A stretch of 64,000 nt of DNA, from IMG/VR virus record IMGVR_UViG_3300042363_001486. One strand, written 5' to 3'. Shown piece by piece: positions 1 through 8,878 of the stretch. Source of the stretch: a virus (lineage: Duplodnaviria > Caudoviricetes). Made by a program: the position numbers and the translations under genes. How positions within the stretch are numbered: the first letter of the stretch is position 1; the number at the start of each line of letters is the position of its first letter. The notes beneath the pieces were generated by a model. The model worked only from the letters and a program-made list of their open reading frames with translations, did not search any database and was not told where the DNA came from.

Positions 1-7
1 AAAAGTC

Positions 8-40
8 AAAAAAAGAGGCACCGTATTGTTACGATACCTC
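8..40 (-). terminator. Rho-independent terminator downstream of the AAA ATPase
   Basis: Minus-strand RNA GAGGUAUCGU-AACAAU-ACGGUGCCUC followed by U7. The two G-U pairs form only on the minus strand. Confidence 0.85.
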
Positions 41-44
41 AAAC

Positions 45-81
45 AGATTGTCTAAACAGGAGCGTTTACTACAGACAATCC
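45..81 (-). ncRNA. Candidate structured 3'UTR/small RNA hairpin exposing an anti-Shine-Dalgarno loop (GCUCCU)
   Basis: GGAUUGUCU/AGACAAUCU stem, 5-nt bulge, AAAC/GUUU stem, loop GCUCCU. Lies directly before the terminator. Confidence 0.35.
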
Positions 82-114
82 GGGTAAAAATTTATATAGT
101 CAAATACTGCACTA

Positions 115-1134
115 TCAGGCAGATTTCATACAAGTGACTTCGGTCATGGCCTTCCATTTGAGTGGAAAGCTCTTGCGTAAGTCAGCAATCTTGATTGCCA
201 TACGCAAGCTCATTTCACGGAAACGTGTGGCATTGTGTGTCATGAAGTCAATGATCTCTTCTTGCGTTTCTGCGTCAAACTCGTATTCTTCAAACAACTG
301 GCCATCATTGGCAATCTGTTTGATACGCAAGATCTTGTCACGCATGGTGTCCAAGGTCAGATCCAAGTAGTGGCAGCGTGATTGGAGAGCATCCAAGTGA
401 TCGCGCAGTTTCTGGCTTTTCATCTTGTCAAACTTCAAGTTAGTGATAAAGATCACAGTGCCGTTGAAGTTGAAGCTGTCCGGGATACCTTCGCGGCGCA
501 ACACTGAGCTGTCCGATAACCAGCTAATCTTACGCTTCTTGCCTGAGTCCAAGGCACCTTTCAACAAGTTCAAGGCCACGTCATCTAACAAGATGCTGTC
601 GCAGTCATCAAAAACCAACACACAGTTACGGTCGCTGTACTTGTAAAGTGTCTGATACAGGCCTAGTGCTGTGGCACTGCCTTTGACCACTTCGGCACGT
701 AGTCGCTTGCCGGAGATCTTGTCAAACAAGCAGGCAGCTTCTACAATTTTCTCAACACCGTAGCTCTTGCCCACACCCGGAGGACCTGACACAATCATGG
801 CACGAACATCACCGGCCACTGCAGCCTTGGTCATTTCGTCCAGGATTTCAAAACGCTCACGGATTCGAGCCATTACTTCTTCGTCACTAGCTTCTGCCGC
901 AGGTGCTGCCTTAACAGCAGATTCTGTAGTGGCATCTGCACCCATGATCTCAATTTCTTCCATGCTGTCAATTTTGACACGAGCAATACCAAACTCGGGT
1001 CCAAAAAAGCCCTTGCTGTCGATGGTAACAAAGCCACCTTTGGCACCGGCTGTATAATCTTTAACCAATTCGAAAACCTCGTTGTGTACGGGTTTATTGC
1101 GATAAACGCCGTTGCGGATGAGAACTTGGGTCAT
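115..1134 (-). CDS. AAA+ family ATPase
   Basis: Walker A GPPGVGKS, Walker B VLVFDD, sensor-1 ITN, arginine-finger region ALQSR. AGGAG RBS. Confidence 0.85.
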   Translation of the reverse strand: MTQVLIRNGVYRNKPVHNEVFELVKDYTAGAKGGFVTIDSKGFFGPEFGIARVKIDSMEEIEIMGADATTESAVKAAPAAEASDEEVMARIRERFEILDEMTKAAVAGDVRAMIVSGPPGVGKSYGVEKIVEAACLFDKISGKRLRAEVVKGSATALGLYQTLYKYSDRNCVLVFDDCDSILLDDVALNLLKGALDSGKKRKISWLSDSSVLRREGIPDSFNFNGTVIFITNLKFDKMKSQKLRDHLDALQSRCHYLDLTLDTMRDKILRIKQIANDGQLFEEYEFDAETQEEIIDFMTHNATRFREMSLRMAIKIADLRKSFPLKWKAMTEVTCMKSA

Positions 1135-1164
1135 TTACTGCTCCTGTTTTGTTAGTGTATATAC

Positions 1165-1193
1165 ATTATAGCCGGTATTGTATTACCGGTCTA
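1165..1193 (-). promoter_or_regulatory. Sigma70-type early promoter TAGACC-17-TATAAT
   Basis: 17-nt spacing; followed by leader TACACTAACAAAACAGGAG. Confidence 0.75.
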
Positions 1194-1200
1194 CCACTTT

Positions 1201-1383
1201 TTAAGTGTTGTTTTTATGCAACGTTTTTGCTGGGCCAGCAAACATTGCATCGCTCATAATACCCAGGAATTTGGCTATGCTTTCTTCACGTTCTGCTTCT
1301 GATGCATCCGGAAGAGCTTCTCTGGCAGATTCTCTAAGAGTCTCCAAAATTACACGACCGACATCTTTTGCTAGGATAGCCAT
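1201..1383 (-). CDS. Small hypothetical early protein
   Basis: 60-aa ORF with its own promoter and AGGAG RBS. Confidence 0.7.
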   Translation of the reverse strand: MAILAKDVGRVILETLRESAREALPDASEAEREESIAKFLGIMSDAMFAGPAKTLHKNNT

Positions 1384-1413
1384 TTTGTGCTCCTGTTTTG
1401 TTACTGTAAATAT

Positions 1414-1442
1414 ATTATAGCAAATTGGGTATTTCCGGTCAA
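1414..1442 (-). promoter_or_regulatory. Sigma70-type early promoter TTGACC-17-TATAAT
   Basis: Near-consensus hexamers, 17-nt spacer, leader TACAGTAACAAAACAGGAG. Confidence 0.85.
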
Positions 1443-1452
1443 CCTGTTGTTT

Positions 1453-1788
1453 TTATGCAACTTTTGGAATTTTGTACAGCAAGCCCTGTTCGCTACGTGC
1501 TTTTACATAGCCGCGTTCAGCACAAATCTCATCTAGCTCACGTACAACTTTACGGTCTCTAACTTGAGGTTTAGTAATTTTAATACTGATTATTTTTTTA
1601 CGGAAGTTAATAAACACTTGCTCGCCTGTATATGCCAGTGCAAGTATGTCACGGAATGTTTCAACATGAGCACGTTGACTCGGGGTGAACGTCATGCGAC
1701 ATTCATCGCTATAGCGTGTTGCATCCAGTGCGGCTGCATACGCAAAACGTCCAGCGGGTTTATTAGCTAAATCTTTTTCGTTGAGCAT
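1453..1788 (-). CDS. Hypothetical early protein
   Basis: 111-aa ORF with promoter and GGAG RBS. Confidence 0.75.
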   Translation of the reverse strand: MLNEKDLANKPAGRFAYAAALDATRYSDECRMTFTPSQRAHVETFRDILALAYTGEQVFINFRKKIISIKITKPQVRDRKVVRELDEICAERGYVKARSEQGLLYKIPKVA

Positions 1789-1816
1789 TTTAACTCCGTT
1801 TTGTTACTGTAAAGCT

Positions 1817-1845
1817 AGTATAGCCGAAAAAGAGTTTCAGGTCAA
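1817..1845 (-). promoter_or_regulatory. Sigma70-type early promoter TTGACC-17-TATACT
   Basis: Near-consensus hexamers, 17-nt spacer, leader TACAGTAACAAAACGGAG. Confidence 0.85.
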
Positions 1846-1846
1846 C

Positions 1847-1872
1847 AAAAAACCCCAATGTTTTGGGGCTTT
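1847..1872 (-). terminator. Rho-independent terminator
   Basis: Minus strand AGCCCCAA-AACA-TTGGGGTT then T run, just after the 1895..2416 ORF. Confidence 0.7.
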
Positions 1873-1894
1873 GATTGTGGGATTTTTACAACTT

Positions 1895-2416
1895 TTATGG
1901 CGTGGGAGGTAATTGTCCAGCTGTAATATTCAAAGTTCCTGTGAACGTTGACTCGCTGTCTACTGTATACCACCATTGTCCGTCTAACGGATTAGCAGGA
2001 TCAAAATCACGAACTCTAAGAACTTCTGCACCGTCAATTTTTGGATTGCTGAAAGGATCTGATATTATTACTCCGTTTTCGGTGTATGAGTAAAAAGAAC
2101 CGTAAACATTGGCACCGGGTGCAGTATTGCCTATTACTACATAATTTGCAACAGTATCGTTTACGATCAGTGTTCCAGTTCCATTGACAATAATTTCTAA
2201 ATTGGCAGTTCCAGAAAAATCTACTGTGCCTTCCCAGGAAAATATTGGATTGCTAAGAATAACACTGGGATCGACTTGATCTGGTTGATCTGGTAATGGT
2301 ATGTCAAGAGTCGGAATGTCTCCTTCAAAAACCACTGCACCGTCGATTTTTGCAATGATGCTAACAGGCTCACTACCGATTCCTTGGCCACATTGTTTGA
2401 AAGTTCTTACTGTCAT
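1895..2416 (-). CDS. Hypothetical protein (acidic, beta-rich; possibly virion-associated)
   Basis: 173-aa ORF with upstream TAAATA motif and AGGAG RBS. Confidence 0.65.
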   Translation of the reverse strand: MTVRTFKQCGQGIGSEPVSIIAKIDGAVVFEGDIPTLDIPLPDQPDQVDPSVILSNPIFSWEGTVDFSGTANLEIIVNGTGTLIVNDTVANYVVIGNTAPGANVYGSFYSYTENGVIISDPFSNPKIDGAEVLRVRDFDPANPLDGQWWYTVDSESTFTGTLNITAGQLPPTP

Positions 2417-2434
2417 TAAAATCTCCTGGTACTC

Positions 2435-3172
2435 TTATTTATCCAAACTATTGGTTATATTCCATAATCGCTGAATGATAGGATCTGTAACTTCGTGGGG
2501 TTTGGGTTTTCCGTGAAATATTAATATTCTTGCCTTGGGATCTAGCACTGTTCCGGCATCCGGTCGTCGATAAATTCTAGTTTTCATATCCATACCTCCA
2601 TCTTTGATTTGCCATCGCCAACTTTTGATTAATCCATCTTCGACAAGTCTAAGAACTTTTCCAGTAAGAACTGCATTAAGATAGTCTTGATCACCGTGAT
2701 ATTGTTTAACTAATGCATATATATTTTCTTCTGAAAACTTTTTCCAAATCCAATCAAAATTACTAGGATTCCAGTACATAAAACTGCTGTTTAATCCGTT
2801 CCAATTGGCTCTCCAGAGATATTTAAAATCTCTAATAGACCAAAAATAATCTGGACTTAAATCCCAAACCCAATCAATGTTGCCGGTTACTACAGTATCC
2901 AAATCGAGGTATAACATTTGCCCCACGCCGTGAATGGGATCGAACATCTGCATCTTATACCACCAGGATTTTTTAGGTCCCGCAACCCCGGGCCAGGGTT
3001 TTAACACATGCTTGATCATGTAATCAGGCACGTCTCGGGTTGGCTCAGTAAATACATGCAACCGTATATTTCTTTCGGAGTTTAATTTCAACATTGCATA
3101 AAGATTTTCAACATAATTCCAGGAGTAAGCATCTCCGTGTATCACGCAAGCACAATTTACTGTTTGAGTCAT
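2435..3172 (-). CDS. GT-A glycosyltransferase (GT8-like)
   Basis: YLDLDTV DxD motif, NSS motif, GDQDYL and FHGKPKPH motifs. Confidence 0.8.
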   Translation of the reverse strand: MTQTVNCACVIHGDAYSWNYVENLYAMLKLNSERNIRLHVFTEPTRDVPDYMIKHVLKPWPGVAGPKKSWWYKMQMFDPIHGVGQMLYLDLDTVVTGNIDWVWDLSPDYFWSIRDFKYLWRANWNGLNSSFMYWNPSNFDWIWKKFSEENIYALVKQYHGDQDYLNAVLTGKVLRLVEDGLIKSWRWQIKDGGMDMKTRIYRRPDAGTVLDPKARILIFHGKPKPHEVTDPIIQRLWNITNSLDK

Positions 3173-3177
3173 GGAGA

Positions 3178-3207
3178 TATTTATATCATTATATTAGCCG
3201 ATAAATA
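3178..3207. promoter_or_regulatory. Back-to-back T4-like late promoters (TATAAATA on minus, TAAATA on plus)
   Basis: Each motif is 5 nt upstream of a divergent ATG (3172 and 3213). Confidence 0.7.
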
Positions 3208-3212
3208 TCAAT

Positions 3213-3974
3213 ATGAGCATAGTATTAATTACCGGTGGATTCGATCCTGTACATTCAGGACACATTGATTATATCAGAGCGGCCAAACAACTGGGCCATC
3301 GACTGATTGTTGGTATCAATAGCGATGCATGGTTGGAACGCAAGAAGGGTCGAGCATTTATGCCCTTGCGAGAACGCGGAACTATTGTCAGTAACATAGT
3401 CGGTGTAGATCAAGTAATTGTGTTTGATGATTCAGACAACAGTGCCAGCGATGCCATTCGTCAGGTTAGAGAACAATTTCCTAAAGATCGTATTGTGTTT
3501 GCCAATGGCGGTGATAGGACTGCCGATAACATACCCGAAATGTCAATTAATGATGACAACTTGGAATTCCAATTTGGTGTCGGCGGCGAATTTAAAAGGA
3601 ACAGCAGCAGCTGGATCTTGGAAGAATGGAAAGCTCCCAGGACTGAGAGACTCTGGGGTTATTATCGTGTACTACACGAAGCACCGGGAATCAAGGTAAA
3701 AGAGCTGACTGTTAATCCTGGGCAAAAACTCAGCATGCAACGTCATCAGTATCGGTCCGAATATTGGTTAGTAGAAGAAGGTTCCGGAATAGTAGCCAGT
3801 GAACTAAACAGTGGTTACGCCTTGCCTGCCAAGGATCTTACAATCCATAGTAATTATCATGTTGATATCGGCGCCTGGCATCAACTGCAAAATCCTTACG
3901 ACAAGCCGTTGAAAGTAGTCGAAATACAATACGGACACTGCTGCGATGAAAATGACATTGAGAGAAAAACATGA
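3213..3974 (+). CDS. HxGH cytidylyl/adenylyltransferase (RfaE/TagD-like) fused to a type II mannose-6-phosphate-isomerase-like cupin
   Basis: TGGFDPVHSGH, FANGGDR and SSS motifs; C-terminal WGYYRVL...LSMQRHQYRSEYW...WHQLQNP cupin. Confidence 0.85.
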   Translation: MSIVLITGGFDPVHSGHIDYIRAAKQLGHRLIVGINSDAWLERKKGRAFMPLRERGTIVSNIVGVDQVIVFDDSDNSASDAIRQVREQFPKDRIVFANGGDRTADNIPEMSINDDNLEFQFGVGGEFKRNSSSWILEEWKAPRTERLWGYYRVLHEAPGIKVKELTVNPGQKLSMQRHQYRSEYWLVEEGSGIVASELNSGYALPAKDLTIHSNYHVDIGAWHQLQNPYDKPLKVVEIQYGHCCDENDIERKT

Positions 3975-4657
3975 CAATGATTCCTGTGTTCATTGGATAT
4001 GATCCTCGCGAAGCAGTGGCTTATCATGTCTGTTCTAATTCGATTATTAGGCTAGCCGGTCAGCCAGTATCACTGAATCCCTTGGCATTAAACATACTAA
4101 GCGGGTACAAAGAAACTCATACCGACGGTAGCAATCATTTTATCTACAGTAGATTTTTAGTACCGCATTTGATGAATTACAGTGGATGGGCTATATTCAT
4201 CGACGGCGATATGATTTTACGCGAGGATATTGTCAAACTATGGGCATTGCGTGACGAACAGTATGCTGTACAGGTTGTCAAACACAACTATCAAACACGC
4301 ATGACTACCAAATATCTGGGATCCAAGAATGAGAACTATCCTTGTAAAAATTGGTCTAGTGTAATATTATGGAATTGTGGACACCCATCAAATCGTCAAT
4401 TAACTCCAGAGTTTGTTCAATCAGCTACAGGAGCTCAGTTACATAGATTTACCTGGATTGAACCCAGCTATGTTGGTGAGTTGCCAACAGAATGGAATTG
4501 GTTACCGGATGAATACGGATCGAATACTGAGGCCAAACTCTTACACTACACTCTGGGGACACCTTGTTTTCATGATTTTGCTGATACGCCGCAAGGCAAT
4601 GAGTGGCATCGGGAACGTATATTAACTAATTATTGCTTACAAAGAGGTCTAGATTGA
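3971..4657 (+). CDS. Phage glycosyltransferase (GT-A)
   Basis: FIGYDPRE, FIDGDM DxD, KNWSSV and LHYTLGTP motifs. Confidence 0.8.
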   Translation: MTMIPVFIGYDPREAVAYHVCSNSIIRLAGQPVSLNPLALNILSGYKETHTDGSNHFIYSRFLVPHLMNYSGWAIFIDGDMILREDIVKLWALRDEQYAVQVVKHNYQTRMTTKYLGSKNENYPCKNWSSVILWNCGHPSNRQLTPEFVQSATGAQLHRFTWIEPSYVGELPTEWNWLPDEYGSNTEAKLLHYTLGTPCFHDFADTPQGNEWHRERILTNYCLQRGLD

Positions 4658-5415
4658 AGATATGGTGGCCTAAAAAACCCAAACCTGGAAATTTTGGTGA
4701 TGTATTGACTCCTCAAATTCTCAGCTATTTCGGAATTCCTTACGAATATAACAAAGAAAATTATGACACCCTGTGTGTAGGGTCAATTGCTAAAATGGCT
4801 CGCAAGGGAGTTCAGGTGCTAGGTAGCGGTATATTGAACATCAACGAAGAACCTGACCCCAGTGCCCGATGGCGATTTGTTCGAGGACCTATCACACGAA
4901 ACTGTGTGATGTCGGCCGGCGGACATTGTCCTCCCATCTACGGTGACCCGGCATTGCTGCTTCCATTGATGTGTCCCGAAAGTCGTAAACGTTACAACAT
5001 AGGCATTGTGCCCCACTATACTGAGTATGAATGGGTTAAAAAATCATATCCAGAATACCATGTGATCAATGTGCTTAATGCTAAACCACTAAATGTAGCA
5101 AGAGAAATCACTGAGTGTCAATACATTGTTTCTAGCTCGTTGCATGGTATTATTTGTGCGCATGCTTACGGCATACCAGCTGCTTGGGTCAAGTTTCAAA
5201 ACAATGTCAAAGGTAGCGACATCAAATTTTATGACCACTATGCCAGTGTAGGATTGCCGGCTACTTTGTCAACCATCGATGATTTGCATTTTAGTACACC
5301 AGAGTCAATTGATTTAGATCCTATTATTGATATATTTCGAGAAGTTTGCCATGAACAAAAACAAGGAACTCAGTCAGAGTTTAACTTTTTACCGCAATAC
5401 CAAGAAGAATCATGA
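4633..5415 (+). CDS. Polysaccharide pyruvyltransferase (ExoV-like); start may be TTG at 4654
   Basis: GNFGD, VRGP, GDPALL, IVPH and SSSLHGII motifs. Confidence 0.8.
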   Translation: MLTKRSRLKIWWPKKPKPGNFGDVLTPQILSYFGIPYEYNKENYDTLCVGSIAKMARKGVQVLGSGILNINEEPDPSARWRFVRGPITRNCVMSAGGHCPPIYGDPALLLPLMCPESRKRYNIGIVPHYTEYEWVKKSYPEYHVINVLNAKPLNVAREITECQYIVSSSLHGIICAHAYGIPAAWVKFQNNVKGSDIKFYDHYASVGLPATLSTIDDLHFSTPESIDLDPIIDIFREVCHEQKQGTQSEFNFLPQYQEES

Positions 5416-6206
5416 ATAATTGGATTTTTCATAGCAAGAATTTAAAAGACGAATACATCAACATGATTGCTCAGAGCTGTGGCAATACACCAGTTGCTGA
5501 TTTTGATTACAATGCAACTGATCAACCAATTGTAGTCAGAGGCATACTCAAACACAAAATAATGAAACAGTGTTGGGCCGACGGCAGAGATTTTTATTAT
5601 ATAGATTCTGGCTATTTCGGTAATAATGCTAATCCAATGAATCCACATGGCTGGAAACTATGGCACAGGATTGTTAAAAATAATTTACAACACGGAGACA
5701 TTGTTCCTAGACCCGACGACCGCTGGAAAAAGTTTAGAATCAACTTGCAAGCAAAGCGCACAGGATCAAAAATTATTTTAGCGGTGCCTGACGAAAAACC
5801 TTGCAAATTTTACGGAATAGATCAGCAAGAATGGATCAACAACACTGTAAGTGCAATTGAAAAATATACCGACCGTCCAATTATTGTCAGACAACGAGCT
5901 GCCAACAGATCAGATCGAATACTGAATGATCCCTTGAGCAAATTGCTGTCCAATGATGTTCATGCGTTGGTTACATTTAATAGTGTATCAGCAATTGAAA
6001 GTATTCTGTCAGGTATTCCAGCATTTGTGTTGGCTCCTTGTCATGCAGCAGCACCGGTGGCCAATCAGGATCTCAGTCAAATTGAAACTCCTTACTGGCC
6101 TGATCAAGATAAATTATATGCATGGGCTTGTCACTTGTCTTACGGACAATTCCATGTTTCGGAGCTGCGGAATGGCACTGCTTATAGGATATTAAATGCT
6201 AGTTAA
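5412..6206 (+). CDS. KpsS/KpsC-like capsule polysaccharide protein (GT-B), paralogue 1
   Basis: YIDSGYF, TDRPIIVR, VTFNSVSAIESILSGIP, LSYGQF; aligns by eye with the neighbouring paralogues. Confidence 0.6.
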   Translation: MNNWIFHSKNLKDEYINMIAQSCGNTPVADFDYNATDQPIVVRGILKHKIMKQCWADGRDFYYIDSGYFGNNANPMNPHGWKLWHRIVKNNLQHGDIVPRPDDRWKKFRINLQAKRTGSKIILAVPDEKPCKFYGIDQQEWINNTVSAIEKYTDRPIIVRQRAANRSDRILNDPLSKLLSNDVHALVTFNSVSAIESILSGIPAFVLAPCHAAAPVANQDLSQIETPYWPDQDKLYAWACHLSYGQFHVSELRNGTAYRILNAS

Positions 6207-7137
6207 AATATTTTTAGAAACTGCCGGAAACTTTGAAGAAAGAGAAATTTTAACAAAGTTTTACAACGGCATTGTAAAATCTGCCAACGAAAATACACAA
6301 GTTGCGATAGAACTTTATAACTCTTATACCCCTTGCGATATAGGCGTTATATTCGGCAGTTGGAAACCTCGAGATAGAAATCATCACAATGTTCGCAATG
6401 ACATTGTGGAAAATGCTCCAAAATTCATTGTTCTTGAAACTCCGTTACTTAACAGAATAGTCAATCAACAAAACAAACAATACCGAGTGGGCATCGACGG
6501 ATTTTTAAATCACAGCGGAGTTTTTAACAACGGTCAACACAAAGACACTCGACTAAAAAAACTCAAGATAGCTTGGGAGGGCTGGTACCACAATCCAGAT
6601 GGGCACATTCTTTTAATGCTACAGTTGCCAGGAGATGCTAGTCTTCGCGGAATTAATTTGTATGAGTGGGTTAACTATACAATTAAAAAAATTAGATCTC
6701 AAACCGATCGCCCAATTGTGATTAGAACTCATCCAGGACACACTATCAAAGACTCTGACGAGTTTCATAATCTTGTTTCGTCTGTTACTTTGTCAGGCGC
6801 AATTTCCAATATATCTTTTAGCATAGGACGACACAAGCCTTTTGCCAACGATATAAAAGGTGCATTTTGTTCTGTAGCATACACCAGTGGCAGTAGCATT
6901 GATAGTATAATGCACGGAGTTCCTACTTTAACAGCTGATCCAGGAAATTTTGCCTGGGATATATCATCACACTACACCGAGGAGATCGAAGATATCAAAT
7001 TTGCTAGTAACGAAGAAGTTTCTCAATGGCTAAACAATCTAAGTTATAGCCAGTGGTCTCCGGAGGAAATGCAAAACGGTACTGTGTGGAAACATCTAAC
7101 AAGACTTTTGAATACAGATACCGGTGATGAAGAATGA
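6196..7137 (+). CDS. KpsS/KpsC-like glycosyltransferase, paralogue 2
   Basis: QLPGD (QxxxD) and IRTHP (HP) motifs as in GT107 beta-Kdo transferases; SYSQW. Confidence 0.7.
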   Translation: MLVKIFLETAGNFEEREILTKFYNGIVKSANENTQVAIELYNSYTPCDIGVIFGSWKPRDRNHHNVRNDIVENAPKFIVLETPLLNRIVNQQNKQYRVGIDGFLNHSGVFNNGQHKDTRLKKLKIAWEGWYHNPDGHILLMLQLPGDASLRGINLYEWVNYTIKKIRSQTDRPIVIRTHPGHTIKDSDEFHNLVSSVTLSGAISNISFSIGRHKPFANDIKGAFCSVAYTSGSSIDSIMHGVPTLTADPGNFAWDISSHYTEEIEDIKFASNEEVSQWLNNLSYSQWSPEEMQNGTVWKHLTRLLNTDTGDEE

Positions 7138-8066
7138 AGGTAGCAGTTTATCATCGTAGTGTACCAAATGCAAAAAATCAAGAAAAAATTGATTTACTGC
7201 GTAAATTTGCACAGGGAGTTCAATGTATCGGCGATCAACTGATCAATGTTGACAATCATAATTATTGTCCATCAGATGTAGCAGTAATACAAGGTTGGGT
7301 CAACGAATATGATTGCAACAACATGCGAGCTCATTTGAATCTAAGAAAAATAGTCATTGAACAACAACTTAAAAATAACTCTCATGTGATCGCTGTTGAC
7401 AGTAATTTATTTTTATATGCTGATACCAGTAACACTTTGCATTATTTGAGATATAGCTTTGATGGAATTTTTCCAAACACTGGTATCTATTGCGACGACT
7501 CGGTTGACCCAAATAGATGGAAGAAAATCAGTCATAATCTAAATATCAGATTACAACCTTATAGAAATAACGGAAATCATATTTTATTACTGCTGCAACG
7601 CAACGGCGGTTGGAGCATGCAAGGCTATCATGTGCTTGACTGGGCTGCCCAGACTATTTTAACACTTCGAAAATATACCGATAGACCCATTGTTATAAGA
7701 ACACATCCAGGTGACAAATCAGCTAGAGATTACCTTGGTGAATTCAGTAATGTTGGTGAATTAAAAAATGTATCATTGAGTTCTCCTGGCAGCTCCCTAA
7801 TGCAGGATTTATCCAGCTGCTGGGCTGCTGTAAATCATAATTCTAGTCCAGTAGTGGGTGCTGCAATCGAAGGCTACCCAATATTTGTAACAGATCCTGT
7901 GCGAAGCCAGTGTGCTGAAATTGCCAACACCGATTTGAGCCAGATTGAACATCCGCAGTTGCCAGATCGACAGCAATGGGTTGAACGTTTGGCCATGAGT
8001 CACTGGAATTTTGACGAGCTAAAAAGCGGCGAGTGTTGGCAGCACATGCGCAAATACATTGCATGA
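7134..8066 (+). CDS. KpsS/KpsC-like glycosyltransferase, paralogue 3
   Basis: LLLQR, TDRPIVIRTHP, NHNSSPVVGAAIEGYP. Confidence 0.65.
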   Translation: MKVAVYHRSVPNAKNQEKIDLLRKFAQGVQCIGDQLINVDNHNYCPSDVAVIQGWVNEYDCNNMRAHLNLRKIVIEQQLKNNSHVIAVDSNLFLYADTSNTLHYLRYSFDGIFPNTGIYCDDSVDPNRWKKISHNLNIRLQPYRNNGNHILLLLQRNGGWSMQGYHVLDWAAQTILTLRKYTDRPIVIRTHPGDKSARDYLGEFSNVGELKNVSLSSPGSSLMQDLSSCWAAVNHNSSPVVGAAIEGYPIFVTDPVRSQCAEIANTDLSQIEHPQLPDRQQWVERLAMSHWNFDELKSGECWQHMRKYIA

Positions 8067-8878
8067 ATCAGATACAAGTGTTATCTCAAGAATATCGAGA
8101 TCATCCATGGATTTCGGGCTGGAGAAATAAGTTTTCAAGCATTGATTTTTTGGATGATTGGCAAAAGGCGTCTGCGCAAAAGATTGTTGTTTGCGGTGCA
8201 GACGTAAATCAAATACATGTAAAGCATTGGTTAAATCAAAGGCAATCAGCTGTGTATGTTGGCCGAGGATACTGCGGCAATCACATTGTTAAACAAAGAA
8301 AATGGTGGCGTGCCAGTATCAATAGCTGGGCTAACACTATTCTTAAGTCTGTGCCATACAGCCGATGGTCATTATTAAACTTACCGTATCATAAATGGAA
8401 GGTAAAAAACATTAATCGAGTGTTGATTGCTCCTAGTGCATTAGCAACCAGAGCGTGGGAAGGGCAACCTAGTCAAGACTGGGCTACAAATTTATTAAAT
8501 AAATTTCCCAGAGCCGAGGTAAAAATTAGATTCAAGGACAGCACACCAGGATTACGTTATGCGACACTGTGGGACGATCTAGACTGGTGCGACCTGGTGG
8601 TGACACAAAGTTCGTCTATATCATGCGAAGCTTTTTGGTACGGTAAAAAAGTCATTAGCCTACAACCGTGTCCTACCTGGGCTGCTGGATTAACAACACT
8701 GGATGACTGGCAAAATCCCACCGAACCGTCTGATCGAGATGCGTGGCACGAACATTTAGCTTGGAGTCAATACAGCGTTAATGAATGGTCTACCGGCGAG
8801 GCGTTTGAGTTGATGCAACAATATTTAGGTGCAATCGAAACTTACGATCCCCAACACACTTACAATTTACCAATTTGA
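8063..8878 (+). CDS. KpsS/KpsC-like protein, paralogue 4
   Basis: VVTQSSSISCEAFWYG and LAWSQY; start placed at the ATGA overlap at 8063. Confidence 0.55.
   Translation: MNQIQVLSQEYRDHPWISGWRNKFSSIDFLDDWQKASAQKIVVCGADVNQIHVKHWLNQRQSAVYVGRGYCGNHIVKQRKWWRASINSWANTILKSVPYSRWSLLNLPYHKWKVKNINRVLIAPSALATRAWEGQPSQDWATNLLNKFPRAEVKIRFKDSTPGLRYATLWDDLDWCDLVVTQSSSISCEAFWYGKKVISLQPCPTWAAGLTTLDDWQNPTEPSDRDAWHEHLAWSQYSVNEWSTGEAFELMQQYLGAIETYDPQHTYNLPI

Noticed and set aside
45-81. Plus-strand CsrA/RsmA-binding hairpin (loop AGGAGC)
   Set aside because: Only one GGA loop, and the neighbouring gene, terminator G-U pairs and U-tract all indicate minus-strand transcription; disfavoured but not fully excluded
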